NCBI GenBank assembly: GCA_964016885.1
Contig: OZ024743.1
Location: 232,128,001-232,192,000, forward strand
Direction: 5' to 3'
DNA length: 64,000 bases
DNA from: Eledone cirrhosa
Lineage: Eukaryota
The position numbers and the translations under genes were made by a program. Positions 13,552-28,493 of this stretch are shown in pieces (the stretch's first letter is position 1; each line of letters opens with the position of its first letter). Under the pieces are notes generated by a model, which searched no databases, was not told where the DNA came from, and saw nothing but the letters and a program-made list of their open reading frames with translations.

Positions 13552-14168
13552 TAAATACACATACACATATGTGTGTGTGTGTATGTATATATATAGTTAC
13601 ATGCATACGCAGATCCCATAATGCCCATGTTGAATGTTTGTTTCGATGATAGAAATGATGTATTTCTATTGAGGGTATATTTAACAAAAGTGTAACTAAA
13701 TAACATGCGCATTACACAGCTACACTGTTGCCTCTACAAAATGAAAGATATCATTGCATTAACTACTATTAACCTTACCCTCTCATAAGCCCTCTCAATG
13801 TCCCATGCTAGCATGACCACAATGGACAAAAGCTTTCAACAACATGACTCTGACGATATTACACAAATTATGTAGATACAAGCATTCAAATGGAAATTCA
13901 AGAAGCGTTTACTGTCATTATCCCAGTGAACAATGTGTTTAAAATGTGATTGGCCTGCTCGAGATTATTATTGACGAATTCATACAATTGAGAGCAAAAT
14001 CTAACGTATAACTTAGAGTAATATAAACGAATGTCTACCCAATGCTTCTTCATACTGTTACGAAAAGTACCACAGTCATTATAACAGTCTCATGCTTAAT
14101 TTACTCTCATACGGACTGTCAAAAATTGTTACAAGCACACACATATACAGACATGAACACACACACAG

Positions 14169-14202
<34 letters not shown>

Positions 14203-15069
14203 ATGTGTGTGTGTGTGTGTGCATATATCTATATATATAAACATAATAAATATATTCATACATATACGTATATATATAAAAAATATATATATATAATTTG
14301 TATATATATATATATATATATTTGTATATATGTAGGCTTATATATATATACATGTATAAATGCCTATTTCTTTTTCTCTCGCTTTCTCTCTCTCTCTCTC
14401 TCTCCCTCTCTCTATATATATTCTTATATGTGTTTATGTATGTATATCTAAATACCGCTATATATAAATGATGATGTGGCCCATGGCATAAATATAAATT
14501 TGGATAATTAAGTTTATGACGTGGATAACACATTAAGCTGTTAAATAAATTATTAATGTGTTAAAACTTCCCCCAAGTCAGAGACAGAAAACCAAACCCT
14601 AGCGGCTGCCGCCGGCGACGCTGGCGGAGAAGAGGAAGTACATTCGAGAAATCAAGACTCATTACTCAAATAGATTTATATGTCTGCTAAGATTTATATG
14701 TCTGTTGAACTTCATGGCATTGGTAAGTTAGTGTTATCTTGCATAGCTATTTCAGTTACAACTATGCAAATTAAAGGTAGTCCAAATATACTAAACTAAT
14801 TATCTACCTGTAGATATATCAATAAGTTTGACCGGGAGGTATCTAGAAGTGAACTACATAGATGAGGTCAGTAAAACGGCTGTAAGACGTATTCATTGTC
14901 AGTTGTCCCTGTCTGAGAAACAATTCTCTTTTCCCTAACATACAAGATATTCTAGAATTTAATCTTAATTTCTTCAAATTGTTGACACTGACTAGTTCCT
15001 TGTTTTATATTCATACATAGATATACATACACACACATATATATATATATAGAGAGAGAGAGAGACGTA

Positions 15070-15152
<83 letters not shown>

Positions 15153-15171
15153 GTATATATATATAGAGAGA

Positions 15172-15352
15172 GAGAAAATAGATGAAATCGAAAATGCAAC
15201 TGGAGTTTTATTTTAAAACCACATACCCTCCATCTCAACTCTACTTTTGAAAAGCAGAAGAACTGCGAAACCGGTAAAGGAACCAAATAAATATATATAT
15301 ATATTTTTAAATAAGACTCCAGTTGCATTTTCGATTTCATCTTTTTTTCTTT
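15172..15352 (+). mobile_element. Foldback mini-element with ~45-bp inverted arms enclosing an HHR-like motif (15243-15280)
   Basis: agatgaaatcgaaaatgcaactggagt ... actccagttgcattttcgatttcatct. Core shared with 8317-8457. Confidence 0.75.
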
Positions 15353-15416
15353 ATACATTCACTCGTGTAGGACACCTCGGTTATTTTTCATTTTGTAAAA
15401 AAAACCTCACTTTCTA

Positions 15417-15462
<46 letters not shown>

Positions 15463-15641
15463 GAAAAGTTGGACGGGAACAAAAATAGAGAGGCAGACAA
15501 ATAGATATATATGTATATGTGTATGTATTTTTTCTCGCGAGTCAGTTCTTTCGTTGCTACAGAACACGCGGCTGAATTGCCGGTCGCTATTTTCAATTTG
15601 CAAAGCTCTTTAAACGGTATGTTATTACTCTGAGGTCTACA

Positions 15642-15720
15642 CCTTGTCGAGTGCTTGGCTGCGCTGCCGAAGGCATTAATCGGCTTAGCTGCAGCTCGAG
15701 CTTCGAATATGCTGTACTTT
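15642..15720 (+). repeat. Unclassified ~80-bp dispersed repeat (second copy 58260-58338)
   Basis: ccttgtcgagtgcttggct...cttcgaatatgctgtact occurs at both loci, each next to (TA)n. Confidence 0.75.
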
Positions 15721-15775
15721 CATTTGTATATATATATATATACACACACATATATATATTGTTATACACACACAC

Positions 15776-15908
<133 letters not shown>

Positions 15909-18224
15909 GAGGGGGGTGTATGTACTTACTTATATAGAACTGTACTGTTTTCAAGAATACGCGAATGTTTTCATTAAACTTTTCTCCTGTAGAAGTCATA
16001 CCTACAAAGCAAATACGCTTACTCTGTACTAAGGTGTTATACTAACCTAAATACATACATATATACATACATATACATACATGCATACATACATACCCAT
16101 GTGTGTATGTGTTTATGTATATATACACAGACAAATATATATTTAGACAATGAAAGGCACAAGTTATATTTTGAAATGCATTGACAATATAATTTTAGCA
16201 AATTGTCATCCTCGTTATGCTAATCAATATCGCAACTTGTAATCTTTATTTCCAAATACAGCAGAGTCCAAAATTTCCATTTGTATATGAGAATGTTCAC
16301 GGTCACATTTTTTTTATGAATTACTTCCCCCAAGAGAACAGCTTTCTATTGAAGTGATAGTAGGATTTGAATTCTAAACAAACAAAACCGGAGCAGTTAC
16401 CGTAAAGCAACCCCACCGATTTTATCAAACGATCCCGTCAATCAAACGCCCATGGATACAGGGCCGGATTTAATGGGGAACAGCGGTATCAATTTAGTTG
16501 AACCCTCAGTTGGACTTTTTGCTTATAGGATGGTTAATTTTTTTTTTAATCAAATACCTCTATATATAACTATTCAATTCCAATTGCTTGCGCCAAGCTA
16601 ACTTTGATATATAAAATTGGAGTTGCTGTGTACTCTATTTTTTTCTTCTAAATGCAACCCTCCTTGGACAGTTACTTTATTTTTATCGATCCTTGAAAGG
16701 ATGAAAACAAAGTAAATCTCGTTGGTATTTGAACTCGGATTGCCGAGGACCGGATCAAATTGCGTGATATTTAATCCAACGTTCAAACGACTCCTCCAAT
16801 TTGTTACTATTATCACCATTTTCGTGAAAAAATGCTCCTATATTTATCAACTGCACCATCATAATGAGCATCATCAACATTTTTATTATCAATATTATGA
16901 CCACCATCATAAACAACAGCCTTATGAGCAACATTGTCATCAACAAACCATCATCGCCCACGATGTAAGCGTTTTCATCGAAAACTTGACTGCCATTAAC
17001 AGTCATGAATATTAATGGTACCATCCGGCCATCTTGCCTGCCACATCAATGAATAATTCAATCAACCTGGAGGTGCTGACGTGGCGTAACAGGATGCATT
17101 TCCTTCATTCACCTTTTGGGGATGTTATATCTTCTAATCATGAATATAATGATAGTGATAATGGCGTGGGTAATGTTGATGATGAGGTTGATGATGATAA
17201 TAGTTGCGATAATAACAATAATAATAACAATAATATTAATAATGATAATTTCTTTTACAAAACAATTGTTTCTTAATAATATTATATTATCAAAATAATA
17301 ACAACAATTATTATTAGTATTTTATTATCAATATTATTATTATTGTTGTTTGTATTGCTATTAGAAGAAGAAGAAGAAGAAGAAGAAGAAGAAGAAGAAG
17401 AAGCGGGTATTTATGTATGTAGGTAGGTATGTATGTATGCATGTAGGTAGGTAGGTAGGTAGGTAGGCAAGCACATAGGTAGGTAGAGTAGTTGGTTGTT
17501 CAGGAGAAAATATAAATAAAAATACAGGCCGAAGAAAAAAGAACTGAAAAGAAACCAGAAGAAGAAAAAAAGATGTTGACGTGCAATTGATTTGCATTAC
17601 ATCTACTCCAACTAATAAATATCTGTATATAAAGATTGTGTCACCTCTTAAAACATCGACTTCCTGTGTTAAAAAATATTTTCTTTCTCACAAATTGTTT
17701 GTTTCACGAACCCTTACTCTAGTTAAATCTTAGATAGAGTTATTGTCACATCCTTCGCATGTGTTATTTATATATTTAGATGTGAATTTAAATTCTCTTT
17801 GGTTGAACGCGTTCTTAATAAGGGGCTACTTTTAAAAGGAAATCTACCGGTTGAAATATAGGACAACTGTAGATTAAACATTTCAACTAAATTATTCATT
17901 ATGAAGTGCAGGTGTCTTGAGGAAGCATTTATGTATTGGAGTTTCGCATTTGGTTTTCGAAAGAAATATCCCCGCCGATTCTTTGACGTTAGATCTGAGC
18001 CTTGAAATATACAGAAATACAGAGTAAAGGTGTAAAATGTTATTTGTTTTGGCTTAATAACTTTAGCCATATTTAGTTTTCACTCTTGTTTTTATAATTT
18101 CTATTATACCGACTTTCTCAATACAAGCATATCAAATATTTGAGAGCTCATTCAACCTGAATCGTGCAATGTTTGTATGCCTGACGTTTCATCGATTAGT
18201 TCTTATTATTTACAGTGCTTAGGT

Positions 18225-18443
18225 CGTTGGATTGGCAGAATCGGTAGAGGGTCGTACGCCATGCTTTGCAGCATAGAGTTACGGCCCTTTATGATCTGAG
18301 TTCAAATCCCGCTGAGGTTAACTTTGCCTTTCATCATTACGGGCTCGATAAAATAAAGTACCAGTCACGCACTGAGGTCGATTTAATAGACTTTCCCCTC
18401 CCCCAAAATTGCTGGCCTGATGCCTATATAAGAAACCATTATT
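18225..18443 (+). mobile_element. SINE family A, long subfamily
   Basis: A and B boxes, central domain, plus the gtcgatttaatagactttcccctccccc segment. Confidence 0.9.
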
Positions 18444-18699
18444 TACAGTGCTTCGTGGGAGCTGTGTATTTATTAGATAAACAGTTGGTCCTTTATGTTA
18501 TTATCAAACCGAACATGCTGCTTCTGAACAGATAGTATGAGAATGCCGCGTTTGTAGCATTCTTAGAGCTTTCCAAGTAATCTCAACAGAATCGAGAGCT
18601 CTGTCCTGTTAGGTGCAGAACTCAGTGTGTTTCTCACGGATTTTCAAAGGGTGAATATCAATGCGACTACGTGCGAATGACTTTTGGAGTCGGCTATGG

Positions 18700-19345
18700 G
18701 CTAGACGGAATGAAACCTTACTACGAAGAAGAGCATGATCCGAACGTTAGCATGTGCCTTGGAAGTAATGTATGATGTTAATATCCCTCAAATGCCGTTT
18801 GTTTCTGATAACAAAGTTATCAATCCTTGAATTGAAGAGGCATCCAGGATGTCTTGGGTAGTTTGGTTGTAAAATAAGATCGGTGTTGATTAGATTGAAT
18901 TCTCCACAGATGGAAGGAAAGCAGAGACCATTTAAGTTCATTCAACCAACCGAACCAATAACTAACTTTCTGCCAGGTCTGATGGTCTGTACATAGTCGA
19001 TCGTTGAAGTTCCCCATAAGCATGAATTTACTCTCCTATATTGAACAATAACTATGATATTGCTAATTTGCTCATAGAAGATGTATTTTTCCTATTCAGA
19101 AATTACCATGGTTGTAGCATAGAAACAGACTAATGTACCACTAGTATTACGTTTCAGGTCGAATGCAAGTGGCATGATGCGCTCTGATATACATGTAGGC
19201 AAAGTAGGATGGGATTTGGCCATTTCTGATCTCATGGCTGAGACATCTAACTGATGTGGTTCATGCTCACCTTTCCTAAGTTGGAAAAACACATACCCTC
19301 CTTTTACTTTCTGGAGTTGTGATAAACCTACAAGAAGTGTTTCAG
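18700..19345 (-). pseudogene. RTE-clade LINE apurinic-like endonuclease remnant
   Basis: GYVFF...ISERIM...VCFYATT (YAPT-like), LMGNFNDR (GDFNAR-like), RIDNFVI and SDHALL motifs across frameshifted pieces. Confidence 0.8.
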
Positions 19346-19357
19346 ATACATGTATAG

Positions 19358-19394
<37 letters not shown>

Positions 19395-19913
19395 AAAAAG
19401 ATACATATACATATGTATATATATATATATATATGATAAAAAAATACATATACATATGTATGCTCTCTCTGTTTCTCCTACTTTCTTTCGCCCCCTCTGT
19501 CATGTCAGTTAACATTTCCTCACACTTCCACTCACTCACTCACTGTTTCTCCTCTTCTCACTTCACCCCGTTCGCGACCAAATCATTTTCTCTCTTTCTC
19601 ACATTTGAATTCGCTCCTGAAAGGTCTTTTTTCTAAGCGCTCATATATTCACCTAGCTTATGCTAACAGAATAACTATGAAGCTTGTTCCCTTCCTTCTA
19701 CGGTTAGCTATCCTCTTTGTTGTTATCTTGTTTCACTCGCTTTACGCGTTTTAATTGTCCTAATAACTTAATTTAGTTATTATTGCACCGACGTGAGGTA
19801 TATGATTTTTAATGCAATGAAATATCTATAATCGTCGGCAAATCACTGACGAGGGAATTATTTTATTACATGTTATCCATGCGCAACCAGCAGTATTCTT
19901 CTCCCCATTTTTT

Positions 19914-19947
<34 letters not shown>

Positions 19948-19966
19948 AAAACGATACATATCTGTT

Positions 19967-20014
<48 letters not shown>

Positions 20015-20027
20015 AAAACGATACATA

Positions 20028-20091
<64 letters not shown>

Positions 20092-20138
20092 GTAACATTT
20101 GTTAGTACTGGCTCTCTGTTTTGTTCCCGTTCAATTTT

Positions 20139-20186
<48 letters not shown>

Positions 20187-20264
20187 CATATATGCATATA
20201 TATATATGGAATAAAATGAAACGAAATTTCATTTCTCACTCTTAGTACGGCACTTACTTAAATG

Positions 20265-20620
20265 TAAGTATGTATGTATACGTACATACATATATGTATA
20301 CAGACGTACAGTAGCATGTATATATATATATATATATATATACATATATACATACAGGCACACATATTTACCGAACATTTATTATAACGTTCGCTTTGTT
20401 CGTTTTTAAACAAACGAACAGCCTGATTTACGCCGTACAGTGTTTAGACAACCACGTCACCTTTTTGTTCAACACTGACACAGGAACGATGTACTAGTTT
20501 CAAGCTTGTTAGCTATCGTCAGCCCCGTATACCTTTCTGCCAGATGGTTGAACGTCCGAAAGTATATACTTTCCTTATGAAAATTAACGGCTGAGCAGCC
20601 TAATTTGCATATCGAGTGAG
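20265..20620 (-). mobile_element. Solo PLE pseudo-LTR with hammerhead (20487-20527)
   Basis: Reverse complement of 57976-58220. cgggg-CTGACGA-t-agct/aaca/agct-t-GAAA-ctag-TA-catcg. Confidence 0.8.
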
Positions 20621-20714
20621 TTCAGTCGGCCAGGCGAAATATGCGTTGCCATAGGGAAATGAAGACGTATTCTACAAACACTCACACATACATACATACA
20701 TATATATATGCATG

Positions 20715-20763
<49 letters not shown>

Positions 20764-21194
20764 GTATTATATGAGCGTGGATGTACGCGTTCTACAGATG
20801 ATATCATGTTCAATCCTACATCAATCCAATGACATCGTTCTGACCAAAATAATGTTCTAAGCGAAAACACTAAAAAGAATCAGGAAATTTGAAACAGAAT
20901 TGAAAACAATCAGATAAAATATATTGCTATAAACAGCAGGGCAGTAATAGCAGGATTGCTACACCATTTTGGACGAAGAAAATAGAATATGCTGAATATA
21001 TGAAGGCAAGGCGGATATATATGCGTATGATTGTCTATGTGTAACCCTTGTAAGTGTTTGTGTGTGCAAATATACATATATGTACGTACAAACAAACGCA
21101 ACCACATATATGTGAGTGAGTATGTGTGTATGTCATTCTTTCTCTCTACACACACAGTACATATAGATATATACATATGTACATATATATACAT

Positions 21195-21227
<33 letters not shown>

Positions 21228-21409
21228 TTTATATACATACTTATATTACATATGCATTTATATTCATGTTCATTTCATATCTGATATAACATATATAACA
21301 CACACAAACACTGACACATTAATTTATATATATATATATATGTATGTGAGTATCTATATATATATATATTTATATATATATATATTTATATATATATATA
21401 TATATATAT

Positions 21410-21516
<107 letters not shown>

Positions 21517-21962
21517 CATATATGTTTTTATGTATGTGTGTATGTATCTATGTGTGTATGAGTGTTTGTGTGCATATATGAAAGTATGTATAAAACATTA
21601 TTCGGAGAGTGATTCGAAATGGAAAATTTTACGTTAGGTTTTAGGTATTCTGTTATTTTCCGGTACCTTATTTCATTATTGAAATTTCACGACTGTTTAT
21701 GAATATAAATTTTACATTTCTAAGGTCTTAATTTCTACTTAGGTTAAAAAAAAGTATCTGGTAATATTCTATAATGGTTTCAGGCATTAGAATATTGATA
21801 AATAAGTGCATATGTGGATGGAGGTATTGGTAGGTGGAGTATATATATTTAGATATTTTCACATACACAGTCATAAATACACACATACACACACACGCAC
21901 ATACACACACACACACATATAAGTGTGTGTGTATGTATATACATAATATATACCTATACAAA

Positions 21963-22016
<54 letters not shown>

Positions 22017-22193
22017 ATATATATGTAAATATATAAACATACATGCATATATATATATATATAAATATGTATATATTTGTATGTATATGTAAATATACAT
22101 ATATATGTATATGTAATTATATATATATATATATATGTAATTATATATATATATATATATGTATACACATATATATATATCTGTATGTATGTA

Positions 22194-22255
<62 letters not shown>

Positions 22256-22287
22256 CATGCATATATATATATGTATGTATGTATGTT

Positions 22288-22319
<32 letters not shown>

Positions 22320-22980
22320 AGTGTGTATGTGTATATATATATGAGTAGTATATGGGTTTTTGTAGAATACGTCTTCATTTCCCTATAGCAACGCATATTT
22401 TGTCTATGTAAATATATGCAGAAATATATAAACGTATTTAGGTGAATTTAGATACAATTTGTACAGCCGATAGTTTGATAAAACATAGTGATATATTAAT
22501 AGGAAGGAAATATGGATTTATTATATATAGATAGAGAGACAACGAGAGAGTGAGATAGAGAGTTAGAGAGAGGGTGAGAGAAAGAGATATATACATATAC
22601 TGTATACTGAGAGGCAGATCGGGACTAATAGATCGTCAGGGAGATAGACTGGTTAACAGAGATTGATAAATAAATGGATAGATAAATAGATACATGAATA
22701 GATAGATGAATACATAGACATGCAGACAGATAGATAGATAGATAGATTTCTTTATTTGCCACAAGGGCGCACAAGAAAAGGGGACAATACAAAGACATGC
22801 CGGGGATTTTACATTCAGTCGTGTAAAAAATATTAAAAAAAACAATTACAACAATCGAAATCCCCAATAGGGAGGAGGCGCCACAAATGGGTTGTTTAAT
22901 ACCCCGTCGATAGAACAATCCTCAACTCCAGGAGCATGTTTTGCAAGTGCTCCTTTCTTCCTTTTGCTCTCCTCTTCAAC

Positions 22981-25900
22981 CTACAGGCTTATAAACAGAG
23001 AAGGCCCAATCACTCGGGCCATTTTCGCTTCATTCACCCACTTTTCAGTAAATTTACTGGGGTGCAGTGCCTCTCTCTCCACCCTGATTCTCCTTCTAAA
23101 GTGATACTTAAAGAAGGGAATCAATTGTTGTCCGGAGAGAAAGGCATCTGTCCTCAGTCCTCTCAATCTCGTCCACCATATAAACTCTTTCACCATAGCC
23201 ACCGTACAGAGGAAAACCACCTCTCTTTCGTTTTTGAAAGAGGCTGGCGGTTTGATCGGTACTATGGACTCGGCAGTCGACTGGATTTGTCCCATACGCG
23301 ACAGCAGTTGTTCTGCATAGTTCCACATGCCGCTTACGCCTGGACACGTCCTCTTGGAAAGATCCCTGCCGGGGCGTCCGTGTCTGTAGATCTTGTTACG
23401 AACCGGTAGAGCTCCTCGGTAGCACTGCCAGGCCAGGGACCTCTGGAAGTTGTCCTTAGGTCCCGGGCGGAAAGTCCTACCAAACAGACTGGTGAGCTCA
23501 TCGTCTTCGACGCCCAGAGTCTCTCCGAGCACGTCGTCGCCCTTGTGACGTACTAACCCTCTACAGAATGTCGACGTGGAGTCACCACTGATTGCCGTGC
23601 CCGCTTGACAGAGGACTGTGAGCGCCTGAGCGCATTCAATGTGCCAGGCGCCCATCCTTTTCGATCTTCGCTTGACGCTGGACTGCAGCTCCGTCAGCGA
23701 GACGACCTGTGGGAAAGCCTGTCTCACAAACGGTGCCCACACCGGTTGGGGGTCGGTGAGGAATACCTGGAGCTGCCGCAGCCTCAGCGTATATTTGCGC
23801 ATCATCAGCCACGTTATTCCCAGCCCTCCGTTGGAAGGGTGCTGACAGCAGACGGATCTCCTCACCACCGGAGCCTGCTTTTTCCACAGAAACTGGAAGA
23901 GCATGCGTTCCATCTTGGCGAGGTGTTCACGGGGACAAGGCATGACAGTCAAGCGGTAGTAGATGATGGACGCTATGAAAGTGTTCGCCACCTCCGCTCG
24001 ACCTTTCAAGGACAGTTTTCACTCTGCCCACTTCTGGGTGAGTGCAAACACCATGGCCGTGAGCTCGTTCCAGTTTTTCTCCACCTGGAGGTCTGGACCG
24101 AGCCAGACCCCGAGCAATTTCACCGTTCCGTCCATCCTGCGTCCAACAACGCTGTCGGACGTCATCGGTTTGCCTCTCCACGTACCGAGTTGCAAACCGA
24201 CAGACTTGTCCGGATTTAGTTTTGCTCCCGTCAGCGTTTCGTATTCTTTCAGTAAATTGCCGATCACCCCAATTTCCGAGGCGCTCGACGCCATTACAGG
24301 AACGTCGTCGGCATAAGCCGACGCCGCTTTGCGCAGTCCCGGTTCTAGAGGGATGCCCTGCAACAGCTCCAATTTCCACAGTAGTGGCTCTAGAGTCAAT
24401 ACATACAGAATGGAGGGGAGAGGGCACCCCTGTCGAATGGAACGCGTGATTGCGAACGGCTCCGATAGGTAGCCGTTCACCTTGACCCTCGAGCAGATGC
24501 TGGTGTGCATCGCCTCGATCCAGCCTCTGAACACGGGACAGAAACCGGCCACTTTGAGAACCGCTTCCAAGTATCGATGATCGACCCTATCGAATGCCTT
24601 AGGTTGATCCAAATTGATCAGAGCTCCACCTAAGCCGGGTTTACTACCCACACTCTCTGTGATGTATCGCAGGTGGAGGTTGGAGTTTGGAGGTTGTCGT
24701 GTATGGACCTGGTCGGGATTGCACACGTTTGCGCTTTCCCTACCAGGTTCTCGACGACAAGCGCCAACCTCGTCGCTAGCACCTTGGCCAAAATCTTTAA
24801 CTCTGTGTTGAGCAGAGTTATGGGCCTGAAGTTGTTAATTTCGTCCCCCCCCCCTGTTCTCGTCTTTCCAGATCAGCGTTACTACGCCCTTGCCTGCAGA
24901 ACTGGGAATTGGCCCGTTCTGCTGCCTATTGCAGTAGACGGCTTCGAGGACGCCAGAGAACAAGTCCGGCAAACCTATGTAAAACTCATAGGGTAGATCA
25001 TCTAGACCGGGTGACTTGCGTTTCCCGCAGCGGCAAGCCGTCGAGGTATGAACTAAAGTCCATTGCCCTGTTCGGCTCACCGTTGATCTGCTCAAACAGT
25101 TGCGCAAAGTGCTGCTGAAAGGCTGCGCACATTTGCTTGGGGTCAAGTAGCACGCGTCCGTTTTGGTCTTTCAAACACCGAATCGTGGACTTGTTGCCAC
25201 TTCTTGCTTCTGCCATTCGGGCCCAGCTGACAGCTTTCGCTCCTTCGTTTCCTAGAGCACGTGTTTTGCTTCTGACCACGCAGCCTTCGTGTTTCGCATC
25301 GAAGAACTGGTCCAGTGCCGTTCTCGACGCTAACACTCTAGCCGCGTTTCCACTTCTAAGTGCCTCCTCTACCTTGGCTACTAGTTCTCTTTCTATTCTG
25401 TTTTTCTCTAAGGCTAACTCTCTGCTATACCCTATCGATTCGATTCTAATTGCTTTCTTGAGAGAGTACCACCATCTGTTGTTGACGATGGCTGCCGTTA
25501 ACTGTTACTTGACTAGTCTACATAACCGTTCACTGAAAGCTTTACGTGCGTGCAACGACACGTTCAGCTTCCAGTATCCGGGATCCTGTCTATGTGTTCT
25601 ATCACGGTTGACTAAGCAGACGACTAATTTGTGATCTGAATAGGCAACCATGTGCATTCGTGGACAGCTTAACATCTCCTTGTCCCTTTCTCTATTGAAG
25701 AACCTATCTAAATATTATCTAGATTTCCGGCTGCGGTTTGACCACGTCCACTGTGGTGCAGTCGGGAAATCCAGTCGATACCTATCAGCCAGTTGGAATT
25801 GGACGATTAAAGTTTTGAGGCTGTTGCAGCCCGCTCTACTGGGACATGCTCCCACATAGTCCCATCGTACATCTAGGATACCATTCCAGTCCTCCACTAA

Positions 25901-26317
25901 AAGTAAGAAGCGAGACGTTCCCAGAAAAGACTCTAGACGCTTAAAGAAGTCTGGCCGTGATTGCGATTGTCAGGTCGGGGCATAAACGGCCACCAGTCTG
26001 AAGGCTCCACCTCCAATACTGTTCACGTCTAGGACTACAAGTCTACCCTCCGGGTCCAACTGTACTTGCTGTACTTCGACGTCCAGGTTCTTCCGAAACA
26101 TGATAGCCACTCAACCCCCACCTCCTGGCTGACAGAGAGATGCGTAGATCTCAAAGTCGTCGAAGATGGGGGTTAGTTGCTGCCTGTTGTGGATCCTTGA
26201 CTCGGTGATGGCTATCACATCCATACTGTGTGACCTAAGGTCGTTTAAAAGTTGACCCTGTTTCCAGGGCATCCCTAGGCCAAGCACATTCACGCTTCCA
26301 ACTCCTAAACTAGCCAT
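22981..26317 (-). pseudogene. Tx1 ORF2 (APE endonuclease-reverse transcriptase), disrupted
   Basis: GSVNVLGL...IAITES; DWNGILD; KSPGLDDLPYEFY; LDQPKAFDRVDH; RQGCPLP; YADD; KLLGVW; GGLG. Confidence 0.92.
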
Positions 26318-26534
26318 GTTGGTGAAGAAGAGTTGGAGAAAAAGGACGAAAGGTGCCCTTACCTTTTCGTTTACTGGAGATCGGGTTGTTCAATCTCCAT
26401 TTGGGTGCTGGATGGGATGTTGGGTGGGGTGGGAAACCATTTTAACAGGACGCAGTTCATGGGTTTCTGGCAGGGGTTGCCCACGTCCTGTGAAAATTTA
26501 TTTTTTAGGTCATTATAGATTTCCATAGAAACCC

Positions 26535-28246
26535 TTATAAGTTTAAGGTGTGGAGACGATTCTGCCTTGACGAAAGTTTTGCCCTCCATCTCCACCTTGG
26601 GGTTTTGGGAGAGACCTCCATCAAATTCTTGTTGTTTGTGTTGATGTATGCGTATTGTTGTTTGTGTTTTTGTTGTGTTGTTTTAGTTTGTTGTTCGTCC
26701 GGGAGTTTTCTTTTTATGGTGGGTGCTTGTGTTTGGGGTGGTGTTGGTGTTGGTTTTGCTGATAGGGGGATGTTTGACTGTGGTGTTGTTTGTGTCTGTG
26801 GTTGTGTGTTGGTGTTGGTGATTGGAGTTTCGGGGTTTTTTGGGTGTCTCTTTTTTACTCTTTTAGATTTCCGCGGCTCTCCCACTTCTTCACTTAAAGA
26901 AGGAGAAGCAGCTTCAACCGTCGATGAATAATCATCGTCAGGTGTGTGGGGTAGGGGTATGTTGTGTGGTGGTGGTGTTTCGGTGTATGTGTTTGTGGTA
27001 GTGTTCATTGAGTGGGGTGGGTGGGGCTGTGTTCTTCAGAGGTGTTGTCTCTGTTTTTTCTGTTGTTGTTGGTTGAGTGTCTGTTTGTTTTGGTGTGGTT
27101 GCTCGTTTGGTCTGTCGTTGTACTTGTGGTGGTGGTGGTTGTTTTGGTGTTGGTAATAGTGTTTTTTTAATGATGTTGTTGTTGTCTGTTTGTGGACAAG
27201 AGGCTTTTAGGTGTGCTCTGCTACCACAGCGAAAGCAATGAAATTTTCGTCCTTCTACCGAAATGTTTATTTTTTTGTTATCATCGATGATGACTCTTTC
27301 GGGTGTTTTGGAGATTCTCTCCGGCTTCATTTGCAACAGAATCTCCAAATCAGTACCCGCCCACATTTGTCGAATAGATTTTCGTATCGAAAGAACCATA
27401 TCAGTTTCTGGCTCTACGAAGCCAGCCAAGATGCACCAGATATTAATGTTTGGGGGTATATTTTTTATTTTTATTTTTTTGTGTCCTTTTTCCCATTTAT
27501 CTAGGGAAAAAGGTGAATGCTTTTGACATCATTGGTGTCACAGAATGTTTTGGGGCGAGTGCCTCGCTTTTAAACAGTACGGAAACACTTCCGTACTGTT
27601 TTCCTCGCTGGAGAAATCGATATTTGCTAGAATTTCCTTGAAAGTAGCTTCTATATCTGCTTGGCTAACAAATGTCGGCTTTCTTGTGGAATTTGACACA
27701 GTCCTAAAGGTGACTGATCTGCGAATTGTGTCTTCCTTTATTTCAAGGGGTGAGTTAATTCTAAACCCACCTTTTTCTTCGAAAGTTACAAATATTCTCC
27801 GTTGCTGGAGCATATCTCTTGCATTGGAGATATCAAGATTTATAAAATCTTGTTTTTTGTTCACTATTTCAGCGAAAGACATTTTCTTTTTTTGTGTGGT
27901 GTTGCTGTTGTTGTTGTTGTTATCGTTGTTAGCCTCGGTATTGGAAATCTCAGTTCCTTAACGAGGTGAAACATTGTGTAGATGTATCTGTGGAGTTGTT
28001 GATGTCTTATTCATGTGTATGTATGTTAATAGGTTCAATTTCTGTGTTTTCATGTGATTTACTGTTATTTTTCTCTGCTTCGACGGTAGAAATTGTACAA
28101 TTTTCGAGTGGTAACATTTTTTCCTCTTTGTTGACAGTCGTATCTATAACGACGTCCATATTATCAGAAGCAGATATAACGTTAATATCTGCCTCTTTCT
28201 CTCTCTTTTCTCTATTGACGTTCTCCAGCGTTCTTGTGTTGTTCAA
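26535..28246 (-). pseudogene. Tx1 ORF1 (gag-like zinc-knuckle protein), disrupted
   Basis: Pieces 28007-28246, 27538-27882, 26938-27429 (VEGRKFHCFRCGSRAHLKASCP) and 26535-27008 (P/T/Q-rich). Confidence 0.8.
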
Positions 28247-28440
28247 ATTATATAGTTTGTAAAATTTGGTATTTTAAAACAATTTTAAAAATAAAATTTT
28301 CGAAAAATGGGATTACCACCAAGCTGACAGTTTAGCGTTGGGGTTAATCTACAAAATAATATGTTTTTTCAAACAATATGTTCTGTTTTTCGTATATAAA
28401 TTTACAAAAAATCTTACCGGCGATGTTTCAGGCGTCAGAC

Positions 28441-28445
<5 letters not shown>

Positions 28446-28493
<48 letters not shown>
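28446..28493. repeat. (GATA)n microsatellite between Tx1 copies 1 and 2
   Basis: About 12 perfect GATA units. Confidence 0.95.

Larger units (their letters stand above)
22748..28440 (-). mobile_element. Near full-length L1/Tx1-clade non-LTR retrotransposon (copy 1), frameshifted
   Basis: ORF1 with a CCHC knuckle; ORF2 with endonuclease, RT and C-terminal domain; AATAAA at 22751-22756 (minus); (GATA)n on both flanks. Confidence 0.92.

Noticed and set aside
19846-19890. CTGACGA hammerhead box
   Set aside because: No downstream GAAA or helix III.
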